A DNA stretch of 64,000 nucleotides from Escherichia coli (GTDB lineage Bacteria > Pseudomonadota > Gammaproteobacteria > Enterobacterales > Enterobacteriaceae): assembly GCF_044324875.1 (NCBI RefSeq), contig NZ_CP172185.1, one strand, 5' to 3'. The position numbers and the translations under genes were made by a program. Position 1 is the first letter of the stretch. Each line of letters begins with the position of its first letter. Under the pieces are notes generated by a model that saw nothing but the letters and a program-made list of their open reading frames with translations, made no database searches and had not been told where the DNA came from. Below, piece by piece: positions 13,780 to 24,130 of this stretch.

Positions 13780-13885
13780 AATTGCCTCGCTTAAGCACAC
13801 GGATGAGAGACAGCCTCCTCTCCTCCGTGTGTTACTATAAAAGTTATCTCCCTTCTCGTTCATCGTTCCATATTTGAGAAACAGT

Positions 13886-14425
13886 ATGTCTTCCAGAGTT
13901 TTGACCCCGGACGTCGTTGGTATTGACGCCCTGGTACACGATCACCAAACCGTTCTGGCAAAAGCTGAAGGCGGTGTGGTTGCCGTATTTGCTAACAATG
14001 CCCCGGCGTTTTATGCCGTCACGCCTGCACGCCTGGCTGAACTGCTGGCGCTGGAAGAAAAGCTGGCGCGTCCGGGAAGCGATGTCGCTCTGGACGATCA
14101 ACTCTATCAGGAACCGCAAGCCGCTCCCGTTGCTGTACCCATGGGGAAATTCGCCATGTATCCGGACTGGCAACCCGATGCCGACTTTATCCGCCTGGCG
14201 GCGCTATGGGGCGTGGCACTAAGAGAGCCGGTGACCACCGAAGAACTGGCCTCATTCATTGCCTACTGGCAGGCGGAAGGTAAAGTCTTTCACCATGTGC
14301 AGTGGCAACAAAAACTGGCGCGCAGCCTGCAAATCGGTCGTGCCAGCAACGGCGGACTGCCGAAACGAGATGTGAATACGGTCAGTGAACCTGACAGCCA
14401 AATTCCACCAGGATTCAGAGGGTAA
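13886..14425 (+). CDS. dnaT: Primosomal protein DnaT
   Basis: 179-aa ORF from [14 protein letters not shown]; immediately upstream of dnaC. Confidence 0.9.
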
Positions 14426-14427
14426 CG

Positions 14428-15165
14428 ATGAAAAACGTTGGCGACCTGATGCAACGCCTGCAAAAAATGATGCCTGCCCATATCAAACCTGCTTTCAAAA
14501 CGGGTGAAGAACTACTGGCCTGGCAGAAAGAACAAGGGGCGATCCGCTCCGCCGCTCTCGAACGTGAAAATCGGGCGATGAAAATGCAGCGCACCTTTAA
14601 CCGCTCCGGTATTCGTCCACTGCATCAGAACTGCTCCTTTGAGAACTATCGCGTTGAGTGTGAAGGGCAGATGAATGCGTTAAGCAAAGCGCGCCAGTAT
14701 GTCGAAGAGTTTGACGGCAACATCGCCAGCTTCATCTTTTCTGGTAAGCCAGGAACCGGCAAAAACCATCTGGCGGCGGCAATCTGCAACGAGCTGCTGC
14801 TACGCGGTAAATCCGTATTGATCATCACCGTGGCCGATATTATGTCGGCGATGAAAGATACCTTCAGGAATAGCGGTACCAGCGAAGAACAACTACTTAA
14901 CGATCTGAGCAACGTTGATCTGCTGGTGATCGATGAGATCGGCGTGCAGACCGAATCGAAATACGAAAAAGTGATCATCAACCAGATCGTCGATCGCCGC
15001 TCTTCTTCCAAACGCCCAACCGGGATGCTGACCAACAGTAATATGGAAGAGATGACCAAGTTGCTGGGCGAACGCGTGATGGACCGTATGCGCCTGGGTA
15101 ACAGTTTGTGGGTGATCTTCAACTGGGATAGCTACCGTAGCCGGGTAACGGGTAAAGAGTATTAA
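14428..15165 (+). CDS. dnaC: Helicase loader DnaC (AAA+ ATPase)
   Basis: 245-aa ORF; Walker A GKPGTGKNHLAAA and Walker B LLVIDEIG. Confidence 0.95.
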   Translation: MKNVGDLMQRLQKMMPAHIKPAFKTGEELLAWQKEQGAIRSAALERENRAMKMQRTFNRSGIRPLHQNCSFENYRVECEGQMNALSKARQYVEEFDGNIASFIFSGKPGTGKNHLAAAICNELLLRGKSVLIITVADIMSAMKDTFRNSGTSEEQLLNDLSNVDLLVIDEIGVQTESKYEKVIINQIVDRRSSSKRPTGMLTNSNMEEMTKLLGERVMDRMRLGNSLWVIFNWDSYRSRVTGKEY

Positions 15166-15210
15166 TCCCCGTTTCTGGCGGTATACTGCGACACAATTCC
15201 ACCTTGAGTA

Positions 15211-15708
15211 ATGATGATGAAAACTGTTAAACATCTTCTGTGCTGTGCCATTGCCGCCAGCGCATTAATTTCCACCGGGGTGCATGCTGCGTCCTGGAAA
15301 GATGCACTCTCCAGCGCCGCCAGCGAACTTGGCAACCAAAACAGCACGACACAGGAAGGCGGTTGGTCGCTCGCGTCATTAACTAACTTGCTTAGCAGCG
15401 GAAACCAGGCCTTAAGCGCAGATAACATGAACAATGCCGCAGGCATTCTGCAATACTGCGCGAAGCAAAAGCTGGCTTCGGTAACCGATGCCGAAAACAT
15501 CAAGAATCAGGTACTGGAAAAACTGGGCCTGAACAGTGAAGAGCAAAAAGAAGACACCAATTATCTGGATGGCATTCAGGGTTTGCTGAAAACTAAAGAT
15601 GGTCAGCAACTCAATCTGGATAATATCGGAACGACTCCGCTGGCAGAAAAGGTGAAAACCAAAGCCTGCGATCTGGTGTTAAAGCAGGGGCTGAACTTCA
15701 TTTCCTGA
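15211..15708 (+). CDS. yjjA: Secreted protein of unknown function (DUF2501)
   Basis: 165-aa ORF with N-terminal signal peptide; synteny dnaC-yjjA-opgB. Confidence 0.7.
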   Translation: MMMKTVKHLLCCAIAASALISTGVHAASWKDALSSAASELGNQNSTTQEGGWSLASLTNLLSSGNQALSADNMNNAAGILQYCAKQKLASVTDAENIKNQVLEKLGLNSEEQKEDTNYLDGIQGLLKTKDGQQLNLDNIGTTPLAEKVKTKACDLVLKQGLNFIS

Positions 15709-15961
15709 ACCGCGAAACGCCGCGTTTTAGCTGTTATCCGGCTGACGCGGCTCTCTCCTGCCCTTTTCCCTGCTCCTGGACGGTTTTCCCCCTGTTACAC
15801 GGGAAGCGACCGTAATCAAAAAAGTCTGTTTATAAACTAATTCCTAACAACATCGCATTTTTTTGACACTAGAATTGCAGCAATATGGCGACGCCATTAC
15901 ATTGTGCTTCTCAAAAAGCTTAAACGTTGGCTAAACGGCCCGGTTTAGTGAGGATCGCCCG

Positions 15962-18253
15962 TTGTCAGAACTACTCTCTTTCGCCCTTTTTCTCGCCTCT
16001 GTGCTGATTTACGCATGGAAAGCGGGACGTAACACCTGGTGGTTTGCAGCCACATTAACGGTACTGGGGCTATTTGTCGTTTTAAATATCACCCTGTTTG
16101 CCAGCGACTATTTTACTGGCGATGGTATTAACGACGCGGTTCTCTATACCTTAACCAACAGCCTGACCGGTGCTGGTGTCAGTAAATACATCCTGCCTGG
16201 TATCGGCATTGTGCTGGGGCTGACGGCGGTGTTCGGTGCGCTGGGCTGGATCCTGCGCCGTCGTCGCCATCATCCGCACCATTTTGGTTACAGCCTGCTG
16301 GCACTCTTACTGGCGCTGGGCTCAGTGGATGCCAGCCCGGCATTTCGTCAGATAACGGAACTGGTGAAATCCCAGTCACGCGACGGCGACCCGGACTTTG
16401 CGGCTTATTATAAAGAGCCGTCGAAAACTATCCCTGACCCGAAACTCAACCTGGTTTATATCTACGGCGAAAGTCTCGAGCGGACCTATTTTGATAACGA
16501 GGCTTTCCCGGATCTCACGCCTGAACTGGGCGCGTTGAAAAATGAAGGCCTGGATTTCAGCCACACGCAGCAGCTGCCGGGAACAGATTACACGATTGCT
16601 GGCATGGTGGCTTCTCAGTGCGGCATACCGCTGTTTGCCCCCTTTGAAGGTAACGCCTCCGCCTCTGTCTCCAGCTTCTTCCCGCAGAACATCTGTCTGG
16701 GCGATATCCTGAAAAACTCGGGTTATCAGAACTATTTCGTGCAGGGCGCGAATCTGCGTTTTGCCGGTAAAGATGTGTTCCTGAAGTCGCATGGCTTCGA
16801 CCACTTATACGGCTCAGAAGAGCTGAAAAGCGTGGTGGCCGACCCGCACTATCGCAACGACTGGGGATTCTACGACGATACCGTTCTCGATGAAGCGTGG
16901 AAAAAGTTTGAAGAGCTTTCCCGCTCAGGTCAGCGATTCTCACTGTTTACCCTGACAGTCGATACCCATCACCCGGATGGTTTTATCTCGCGTACCTGTA
17001 ACCGCAAAAAATATGATTTTGACGGTAAGCCGAATCAGTCATTCAGCGCGGTAAGTTGCAGCCAGGAGAATATCTCGACGTTTATCAACAAAATCAAAGC
17101 GTCACCGTGGTTTAAAGATACTGTTATCGTCGTCTCTTCTGACCATTTAGCGATGAACAATACGGCGTGGAAATACCTTAATAAGCAGGATCGCAATAAC
17201 CTGTTTTTTGTCATCCGTGGCGACAAGCCGCAGCAAGAGACGCTGGCAGTGAAGCGTAATACGATGGATAACGGCGCGACGGTGCTGGACATTCTCGGTG
17301 GCGATAACTATCTCGGACTTGGCCGTAGCAGTTTATCCGGGCAGTCGATGTCGGAAATCTTCCTCAATATCAAAGAGAAAACATTGGCGTGGAAGCCGGA
17401 TATCATCCGCCTGTGGAAATTCCCTAAAGAGATGAAAGAGTTCACCATCGACCAGCAGAAAAACATGATTGCCTTCTCAGGTAGCCATTTCCGTTTGCCG
17501 CTGCTGTTGCGGGTTTCAGACAAACGCGTGGAACCGCTGCCGGAAAGCGAATACTCAGCACCGCTGCGTTTCCAGCTGGCCGATTTCGCTCCACGCGACA
17601 ATTTCGTCTGGGTTGACCGTTGCTACAAGATGGCACAACTTTGGGCTCCGGAACTGGCACTCTCCACCGACTGGTGTGTCTCGCAAGGGCAGCTTGGCGG
17701 TCAGCAAATTGTTCAGCATGTTGACAAAACAATGTGGAAGGGCAAAACGGCATTTAAAGATACGGTCATCGACATGGCGCGTTACAAAGGCAATGTCGAT
17801 ACGCTGAAGATTGTTGATAACGATATTCGCTACAAAGCCGACAGTTTCATCTTTAACGTCGCCGGTGCGCCAGAAGAGGTGAAACAGTTTAGCGGGATTT
17901 CCCGTCCGGAGTCGTGGGGCCGCTGGTCCAACGCGCAACTGGGCGACGAAGTAAAAATCGAGTACAAGCATCCGCTGCCGAAGAAATTTGACCTGGTGAT
18001 TACCGCCAAAGCATACGGCAATAACGCCAGCCGTCCTATTCCGGTACGCGTAGGCAATGAAGAACAAACTCTTGTGCTGGGCAATGAAGTGACCACCACC
18101 ACGCTGCATTTCGATAACCCAACCGATGCCGACACGCTGGTAATTGTGCCGCCGGAACCTGTCTCAACCAACGAAGGGAATATCCTCGGACACTCGCCGC
18201 GTAAGCTCGGGATCGGCATGGTGGAAATTAAAGTGGTAGAACGTGAAGGGTAA
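15962..18253 (+). CDS. opgB: Phosphoglycerol transferase I (OPG biosynthesis; sulfatase-family membrane enzyme)
   Basis: 763-aa ORF with N-terminal TM segments and a sulfatase-like domain. Confidence 0.9.
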   Translation: MSELLSFALFLASVLIYAWKAGRNTWWFAATLTVLGLFVVLNITLFASDYFTGDGINDAVLYTLTNSLTGAGVSKYILPGIGIVLGLTAVFGALGWILRRRRHHPHHFGYSLLALLLALGSVDASPAFRQITELVKSQSRDGDPDFAAYYKEPSKTIPDPKLNLVYIYGESLERTYFDNEAFPDLTPELGALKNEGLDFSHTQQLPGTDYTIAGMVASQCGIPLFAPFEGNASASVSSFFPQNICLGDILKNSGYQNYFVQGANLRFAGKDVFLKSHGFDHLYGSEELKSVVADPHYRNDWGFYDDTVLDEAWKKFEELSRSGQRFSLFTLTVDTHHPDGFISRTCNRKKYDFDGKPNQSFSAVSCSQENISTFINKIKASPWFKDTVIVVSSDHLAMNNTAWKYLNKQDRNNLFFVIRGDKPQQETLAVKRNTMDNGATVLDILGGDNYLGLGRSSLSGQSMSEIFLNIKEKTLAWKPDIIRLWKFPKEMKEFTIDQQKNMIAFSGSHFRLPLLLRVSDKRVEPLPESEYSAPLRFQLADFAPRDNFVWVDRCYKMAQLWAPELALSTDWCVSQGQLGGQQIVQHVDKTMWKGKTAFKDTVIDMARYKGNVDTLKIVDNDIRYKADSFIFNVAGAPEEVKQFSGISRPESWGRWSNAQLGDEVKIEYKHPLPKKFDLVITAKAYGNNASRPIPVRVGNEEQTLVLGNEVTTTTLHFDNPTDADTLVIVPPEPVSTNEGNILGHSPRKLGIGMVEIKVVEREG

Positions 18254-18389
18254 TTCCTGACTGATGTGTAGGTCGCATAAGGTGCGACCTACACGCCTTC
18301 TCCGGCTTACAACACATTATTAAGAAACAAAAAAACAGCGCCCAACACTTCCCCGGACGCTGCATGGCAACTTGAATAATCTCGCCTTA

Positions 18390-19412
18390 TCAGAAAGTAA
18401 TTACCCCCTTAATCAACTCACGATTGTTAATCACATCGCGCTCGTAGGTTTCTGCCAGCGTGGCGAACGGGTATCGATGGGTTAACATCATGTCGGCAGT
18501 GATTTTCCCTTCCGCCATCAGTCGACCGACTTTAGCGAAATCTTCCGGCGTGGCGTTGCGGCTACCCATCATCGTCGTTTCTTTTTTATGGAATTCTGGA
18601 TCGGAGAACTGCAACTCACCTTTAAACAGACCGACAAATACCACCGTGCCGCCGTGACGAATCAGATTCACGGTGTTATTCATCGCATGTTGATTACCTG
18701 TCGCGTCGATCACTTTCTGCGCCAGAGAACCACCAAACTGCGCCCGCAGCTGCGCGTCAAAATCTTCGGCTGACGGGTCCAGTACAGGTAATTCCAGACG
18801 TGTTGCCACATGTTCACGGCGCGCCGGACTGGTATCCGCCACCACCACCTGTGCGCCATCGGCTTTAGCGATTGCCGCCGCGCCCAGACCGATTGGCCCC
18901 GCCCCGACCACCAGCACCTGCTCGCCGGGAGCAATGGCTGCGCGACGCACCGCATGAGCGCTAATAGCGAAAGGTTCAATCAATGCTGCCGCCTGCGGGT
19001 CAATACCATCTGCGGGCAAAATGTTCGCCACCGGCACGCTCAAATACTCACTAAAACCGCCATCCTGATGCACGCCAATGACTGAAATTTTTTCACAGCA
19101 ATTGGTACGCCCGCTTTTACACGCCGGGCATTGCTGACAGGCAACATAAGGGATCACAGCAACTTGCTGACCATTTTTAAGATCAGCAATATTTTTACCC
19201 AGCCCAACAATCTCCCCACATATTTCATGGCCTAAAACCCGTGGATAACTAAAAAATGGTTGATTTCCACCCCAGGCATGAATATCGGTACCGCAAATCC
19301 CGACAGACTTAATTTTTATTAATGCTTCATTGTCACCCGGAATAGGTATCTCACGTTGTTTCCAGACTAATTCTTTCGGCTGCTGGCAAATTAAAACATT
19401 CATCGTAGACAT
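18390..19412 (-). CDS. lgoD: L-galactonate 5-dehydrogenase (Zn-dependent alcohol dehydrogenase family)
   Basis: MDR/ADH motifs (GHEICGEIVG, GAGPIGLG); 340 aa from MSTMNVLICQ. Confidence 0.85.
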   Translation of the reverse strand: MSTMNVLICQQPKELVWKQREIPIPGDNEALIKIKSVGICGTDIHAWGGNQPFFSYPRVLGHEICGEIVGLGKNIADLKNGQQVAVIPYVACQQCPACKSGRTNCCEKISVIGVHQDGGFSEYLSVPVANILPADGIDPQAAALIEPFAISAHAVRRAAIAPGEQVLVVGAGPIGLGAAAIAKADGAQVVVADTSPARREHVATRLELPVLDPSAEDFDAQLRAQFGGSLAQKVIDATGNQHAMNNTVNLIRHGGTVVFVGLFKGELQFSDPEFHKKETTMMGSRNATPEDFAKVGRLMAEGKITADMMLTHRYPFATLAETYERDVINNRELIKGVITF

Positions 19413-19550
19413 GATTCGGCTCTCCATTTTTTGTTGCCTTAGATATCAATGAAAATGAAAAATGGCAGCGGAACGGAAAATCTGTTTTGTGAAAACACAC
19501 GCATAAAAATGTTTTAAATCGGGTTTTAATGGACTCACAAGGAGGAAAAT

Positions 19551-20465
19551 ATGAGTCGTTCACAAAATTTACGCCACAATGTGATTAACCAGGTCATTGA
19601 TGATATGGCGCGGGGTCATATCCCTTCCCCACTTCCATCGCAAAGTGCGCTGGCGGAAATGTACAACATCAGCCGCACTACAGTGCGTCATATTCTCAGC
19701 CACTTACGCGAATGCGGCGTCTTAACGCAGGTTGGAAACGACTATGTTATTGCGCGTAAACCTGACCATGATGACGGTTTCGCCTGTACTACCGCTTCAA
19801 TGAGTGAACAAAACAAAGTGTTTGAGCAGGCTTTTTTCACGATGATAAACCAGCGTCAGTTACGCCCTGGGGAAACTTTTTCCGAACTGCAACTGGCGCG
19901 GGCCGCGGGTGTCAGCCCGGTGGTTGTAAGAGAATATCTTTTAAAATTCGGCCGTTATAATCTTATTCAAAGCGAAAAGCGCGGCCAGTGGAGCATGAAG
20001 CAATTCGATCAATCCTACGCCGAGCAGCTGTTTGAGCTACGCGAAATGCTCGAAACACATTCACTTCAGCACTTTCTCAACCTGCCTGATCACGATCCCC
20101 GCTGGCTGCAGGCGAAAACCATGCTCGAACGTCATCGGCTACTGCGTGACAACATCGGCAATAGCTTTCGCATGTTCTCGCAACTTGACAGAGATTTTCA
20201 CTCCTTACTGCTTTCAGCTGCCGACAATATCTTTTTTGATCAATCGCTTGAGATCATCTCAGTCATCTTTCATTTTCACTATCAATGGGACGAAAGCGAT
20301 CTTAAACAGCGCAATATCATTGCCGTCGATGAGCATATGACCATTCTCAGTGCTCTGATTTGCCGCAGTGACCTGGATGCCACCCTTGCGCTCCGTAACC
20401 ATTTGAATTCAGCTAAACAATCAATGATTCGATCCATTAATGAGAACACGCGTTATGCTCATTAA
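19551..20465 (+). CDS. lgoR: GntR-family transcriptional regulator LgoR
   Basis: 304-aa ORF with N-terminal wHTH; divergent from lgoD. Confidence 0.8.
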   Translation: MSRSQNLRHNVINQVIDDMARGHIPSPLPSQSALAEMYNISRTTVRHILSHLRECGVLTQVGNDYVIARKPDHDDGFACTTASMSEQNKVFEQAFFTMINQRQLRPGETFSELQLARAAGVSPVVVREYLLKFGRYNLIQSEKRGQWSMKQFDQSYAEQLFELREMLETHSLQHFLNLPDHDPRWLQAKTMLERHRLLRDNIGNSFRMFSQLDRDFHSLLLSAADNIFFDQSLEIISVIFHFHYQWDESDLKQRNIIAVDEHMTILSALICRSDLDATLALRNHLNSAKQSMIRSINENTRYAH

Positions 20466-20679
20466 GTACGGATTAAAAACAGCAAACTATTAGCGGGTGC
20501 ACGGTTTTATCAAAAGATAAATACCGGGAAATTCCCGCTTACCTATGCTCACAATCAGTCGACTAAAAATGTTTTTGTGAGCGGTAGTAAAGTCCTAAAA
20601 CTTTAACCTGCCGTTAATGTCAACCTTGCGTAATGCACAATTACGTAAACAATTAAAATTATAAATACAGGAGTCCGGC

Positions 20680-22041
20680 GTGGAAAAAGAAAATATCACC
20701 CTCGATCCGCGTTCTTCATTTACTCCATCTTCGTCGGCAGATATTCCCGTGCCACCAGATGGATTAGTTCAACGCAGTACCCGAATTAAACGCATTCAAA
20801 CCACCGCCATGTTGTTATTATTTTTTGCGGCGGTAATCAATTATCTCGACCGCAGTTCGCTGTCGGTAGCAAATTTAACGATTCGTGAAGAATTGGGATT
20901 AAGTGCCACCGAAATCGGCGCTTTGCTCTCCGTGTTTTCACTCGCTTACGGGATTGCGCAACTTCCTTGCGGCCCACTATTGGATCGTAAAGGCCCACGC
21001 CTGATGCTGGGACTGGGGATGTTCTTCTGGTCACTGTTCCAGGCCATGTCTGGCATGGTGCACAGCTTTACGCAGTTCGTGTTGGTGCGTATTGGTATGG
21101 GGATTGGTGAAGCGCCGATGAACCCATGCGGTGTAAAAGTCATTAACGACTGGTTCAACATCAAAGAGCGCGGACGCCCGATGGGCTTCTTCAACGCAGC
21201 TTCTACCATTGGCGTTGCCGTAAGCCCACCGATTCTGGCGGCGATGATGCTGGTGATGGGCTGGCGCGGGATGTTTATTACCATTGGTGTACTGGGGATT
21301 TTTCTCGCCATCGGCTGGTATATGCTCTATCGCAACCGCGAGCACGTAGAACTGACTGCCGTTGAACAAGCTTATCTCAATGCAGGTAGCGTCAATGCCC
21401 GCCGAGATCCGCTCAGTTTTGCCGAATGGCGCAGCCTGTTCCGTAACCGCACAATGTGGGGAATGATGCTCGGATTCAGTGGCATCAACTACACTGCGTG
21501 GCTGTATCTGGCCTGGCTTCCTGGTTACCTGCAAACAGCCTATAACCTGGATTTAAAAAGCACAGGATTGATGGCGGCTATCCCTTTCCTGTTTGGGGCT
21601 GCCGGGATGCTGGTCAACGGTTACGTTACCGACTGGCTGGTCAAAGGGGGAATGGCTCCGATTAAAAGCCGTAAGATCTGCATTATTGCCGGGATGTTCT
21701 GTTCTGCCGCCTTTACGCTGGTCGTACCGCAAGCGACAACATCCATGACGGCGGTTCTGCTGATTGGCATGGCACTGTTCTGTATTCACTTTGCCGGAAC
21801 ATCCTGCTGGGGCTTGATCCACGTCGCAGTTGCTTCTCGCATGACTGCGTCGGTGGGCAGTATCCAGAACTTTGCCAGCTTCATCTGCGCCTCTTTCGCG
21901 CCGATCATTACTGGTTTTATTGTTGATACCACCCACTCATTCCGTCTGGCACTAATCATCTGCGGTTGCGTCACCGCGGCGGGTGCACTGGCGTACATCT
22001 TCCTGGTTCGTCAGCCGATCAACGACCCGCGTAAAGATTAA
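20680..22041 (+). CDS. lgoT: MFS transporter, L-galactonate:H+ symporter
   Basis: 453-aa 12-TM MFS protein; synteny. Confidence 0.85.
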   Translation: MEKENITLDPRSSFTPSSSADIPVPPDGLVQRSTRIKRIQTTAMLLLFFAAVINYLDRSSLSVANLTIREELGLSATEIGALLSVFSLAYGIAQLPCGPLLDRKGPRLMLGLGMFFWSLFQAMSGMVHSFTQFVLVRIGMGIGEAPMNPCGVKVINDWFNIKERGRPMGFFNAASTIGVAVSPPILAAMMLVMGWRGMFITIGVLGIFLAIGWYMLYRNREHVELTAVEQAYLNAGSVNARRDPLSFAEWRSLFRNRTMWGMMLGFSGINYTAWLYLAWLPGYLQTAYNLDLKSTGLMAAIPFLFGAAGMLVNGYVTDWLVKGGMAPIKSRKICIIAGMFCSAAFTLVVPQATTSMTAVLLIGMALFCIHFAGTSCWGLIHVAVASRMTASVGSIQNFASFICASFAPIITGFIVDTTHSFRLALIICGCVTAAGALAYIFLVRQPINDPRKD

Positions 22042-22050
22042 TCTCCCTAT

Positions 22051-22082
22051 GCCCGATAACATTTTGCTTATCGGGCATTTTT
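22051..22082. terminator. Hairpin (gcccgataa...ttatcgggc) followed by a T-run between the convergent lgoT and tsr genes
   Basis: Inverted repeat plus atttttat directly read from the sequence. Confidence 0.5.
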
Positions 22083-22089
22083 ATGGCGA

Positions 22090-23754
22090 TTAAAACGTTT
22101 CCCAGTTCTCCCCGCTATCTGCCACGGCTATTTTACGCGGCGCAGCTGGCGTCACGGTTTTTACCACAGCCGATGTTTCACGCTGATGTTGCTGCTGTTG
22201 CTGAATCCGGAACACTGCCACAGCTTCGGTCAGGCGACTGGCCTGCTCTTCCAGCGCGGCGGCGGCAGCGGCAGATTCTTCCACCAGCGCAGCGTTCTGT
22301 TGAGTTACCCGGTCCATCTCAGCGACCGCTAAGCCAACCTGATCGATACCACGGCTCTGCTCATCAGAAGCAGAAGCTATTTCGCCCATAATGTCCGTCA
22401 CACGGGTCACGGCGCTGACAATCTCCGCCATTGTTTCCCCGGCGCTTTCGACCAGCGTAGAGCCAACATCCACTTTCCCCACCGAGTCTTCAATCAGGCT
22501 TTTAATTTCACGAGCCGCCTGGGCGCTACGCTGGGCCAGATTACGCACTTCTCCCGCAACCACCGCAAAACCGCGCCCTTGCTCACCCGCACGCGCAGCC
22601 TCAACCGCGGCGTTCAAAGCCAGAATATTGGTCTGGAAGGCAATGCCGTCAATTACGCTGATAATATCGGCGATTTTCTGCGAACTGGTGGAGATATCGC
22701 GCATGGTCTGCACCACGTTATCCACCACTTTGCCGCCGCGTTGCGCCGTTTCAGAAGCACTTAATGCCAGATGGCTGGCCTGGCGCGCATTCTCGGCGTT
22801 CTGTTTCACCGTTGCGGTCAGTTGCTCCATGCTGGCTGCCGTCTCTTCCAGCGAAGCGGCCTGTTGCTCGGTGCGCGAAGAGAGATCGTTATTGCCGGTG
22901 GCGATTTCGCTGGCACCGCTATAAATGGCATTGGCCCCGTTGCGCACATCACCGACGGTACGCATCAGCTCTCCCTGCATATGGCGCAAACTCTCTGCCA
23001 GTTGCCCCATCTCATTAGAGCCATCCACCTCAATCGGTTTGACCAGATCGCCGCCTGCAATATGACGAATGCTGTCAATCAGGCGATTCATTGGCGCTAC
23101 CAACGAGGCTTTAATACCGAACCAGACGGCGAAGATGACTGCCAGTACGACGATCATCACGCCCACCAGAATCCACATCGCCTGGCTGTAGGAGGCATTA
23201 TTATCGCTGACGGCGATATCATAGAGCCGATCGTTTTGCTCCATGTAAGCCACATACTGCTTCTCGAAACCGTCCTGATATCCCTGGGTTGGCTGATCAA
23301 AGAACTCGTTGATTTTGCCTGCACCTAACAGTTGGATCAGCTCCGCCAGCGCATTGTGATAAATATCGTAATTACGTTTGATCTCTGCCGCTGCGGCGGT
23401 GCTCTGACGCGGGTCACGCGGCAACGCTTCGTAATCCGCCCAGTTTTTTTCCGCCTGTTTCAGCGAAATACTGGCACTCTGCATTAGCTCAGCAACGGTT
23501 GAACCGCTACCAATATTATTCTGATCCATCATGTAGCGGATACCCGCGCGGTTGAGGGTGTTACGCGTCTGCAACAACGCAACCCAGCTGCCATTCAGCG
23601 TGGATTGCTGCTGGCGAATGGTTTGTAAAACAGTGAAATTTTCTTTGTCATTCTTTAAGGCATTAAAGAACAGACCGCCTGATGTCAGTTGTAAAAGGCC
23701 AAAAACGGCCAAAACCAGCAGTAAGCTGGTCACAATTTTGATACGTTTTAACAT
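22090..23754 (-). CDS. tsr: Methyl-accepting chemotaxis protein I (serine chemoreceptor)
   Basis: 554-aa ORF; HAMP and MCP signalling domains and the C-terminal NWETF pentapeptide. Confidence 0.9.
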   Translation of the reverse strand: MLKRIKIVTSLLLVLAVFGLLQLTSGGLFFNALKNDKENFTVLQTIRQQQSTLNGSWVALLQTRNTLNRAGIRYMMDQNNIGSGSTVAELMQSASISLKQAEKNWADYEALPRDPRQSTAAAAEIKRNYDIYHNALAELIQLLGAGKINEFFDQPTQGYQDGFEKQYVAYMEQNDRLYDIAVSDNNASYSQAMWILVGVMIVVLAVIFAVWFGIKASLVAPMNRLIDSIRHIAGGDLVKPIEVDGSNEMGQLAESLRHMQGELMRTVGDVRNGANAIYSGASEIATGNNDLSSRTEQQAASLEETAASMEQLTATVKQNAENARQASHLALSASETAQRGGKVVDNVVQTMRDISTSSQKIADIISVIDGIAFQTNILALNAAVEAARAGEQGRGFAVVAGEVRNLAQRSAQAAREIKSLIEDSVGKVDVGSTLVESAGETMAEIVSAVTRVTDIMGEIASASDEQSRGIDQVGLAVAEMDRVTQQNAALVEESAAAAAALEEQASRLTEAVAVFRIQQQQQHQRETSAVVKTVTPAAPRKIAVADSGENWETF

Positions 23755-23902
23755 GGTTTCTCTTTCCTGTGGACCGATGCAAGATTTTCGGCCTGGAAAG
23801 GAAAAACTTTATGAATATCCCGCGGAGATTACGCCGAGTAATTTTATTCACACTCTGAATTTAAAAAACCATTATTTACATAAATTATTCACAATATAAA
23901 TA

Positions 23903-23918
23903 TGTGATATGAATCACA
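23903..23918. promoter_or_regulatory. Consensus cAMP-CRP site TGTGATATGAATCACA in the tsr/btsT divergent intergenic region
   Basis: Perfect TGTGA-N6-TCACA palindrome; btsT (yjiY) is reported to be CRP-dependent. Confidence 0.55.
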
Positions 23919-23966
23919 TATTTATCGTCACTTAAACGACGCCTTTGCCGCTCAACCGCAAAACTG

Positions 23967-23995
23967 ACCGCTTACATCCCTAAAATAACCACTCA
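23967..23995 (+). promoter_or_regulatory. BtsR (YehT) operator: direct repeat ACCGCTTA-N13-ACCACTCA upstream of btsT
   Basis: Matches the reported ACC(G/A)CT(C/T)A direct repeat with 13-bp spacer. Confidence 0.55.
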
Positions 23996-24130
23996 GTTAT
24001 TTACCTTACTTTACGCGCGCGTAACTCTGGCAACATCACTGCAGGATAGCGGTCAATTTACCTCCTCAAACGCAACGCAAACCTAGAACGGCTTCGGCCA
24101 ACTATTAATCAATACATGCCAGGTTTTACT

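Noticed and set aside
18266-18294. Perfect 12-bp stem hairpin (gtgtaggtcgca ... tgcgacctacac) after opgB, considered as an intrinsic terminator
   Set aside because: It is not followed by a T-run. It may be a REP-like or Rho-associated structure at the convergent opgB/lgoD junction, and was not called as a terminator.
22090-23754. Tsr predicted as 554 aa rather than the 551 aa I recall for K-12
   Set aside because: Both termini (MLKRIKIV... and ...NWETF) are canonical, so a small internal indel or allelic difference is likely. It cannot be assessed without alignment and was not treated as a finding.
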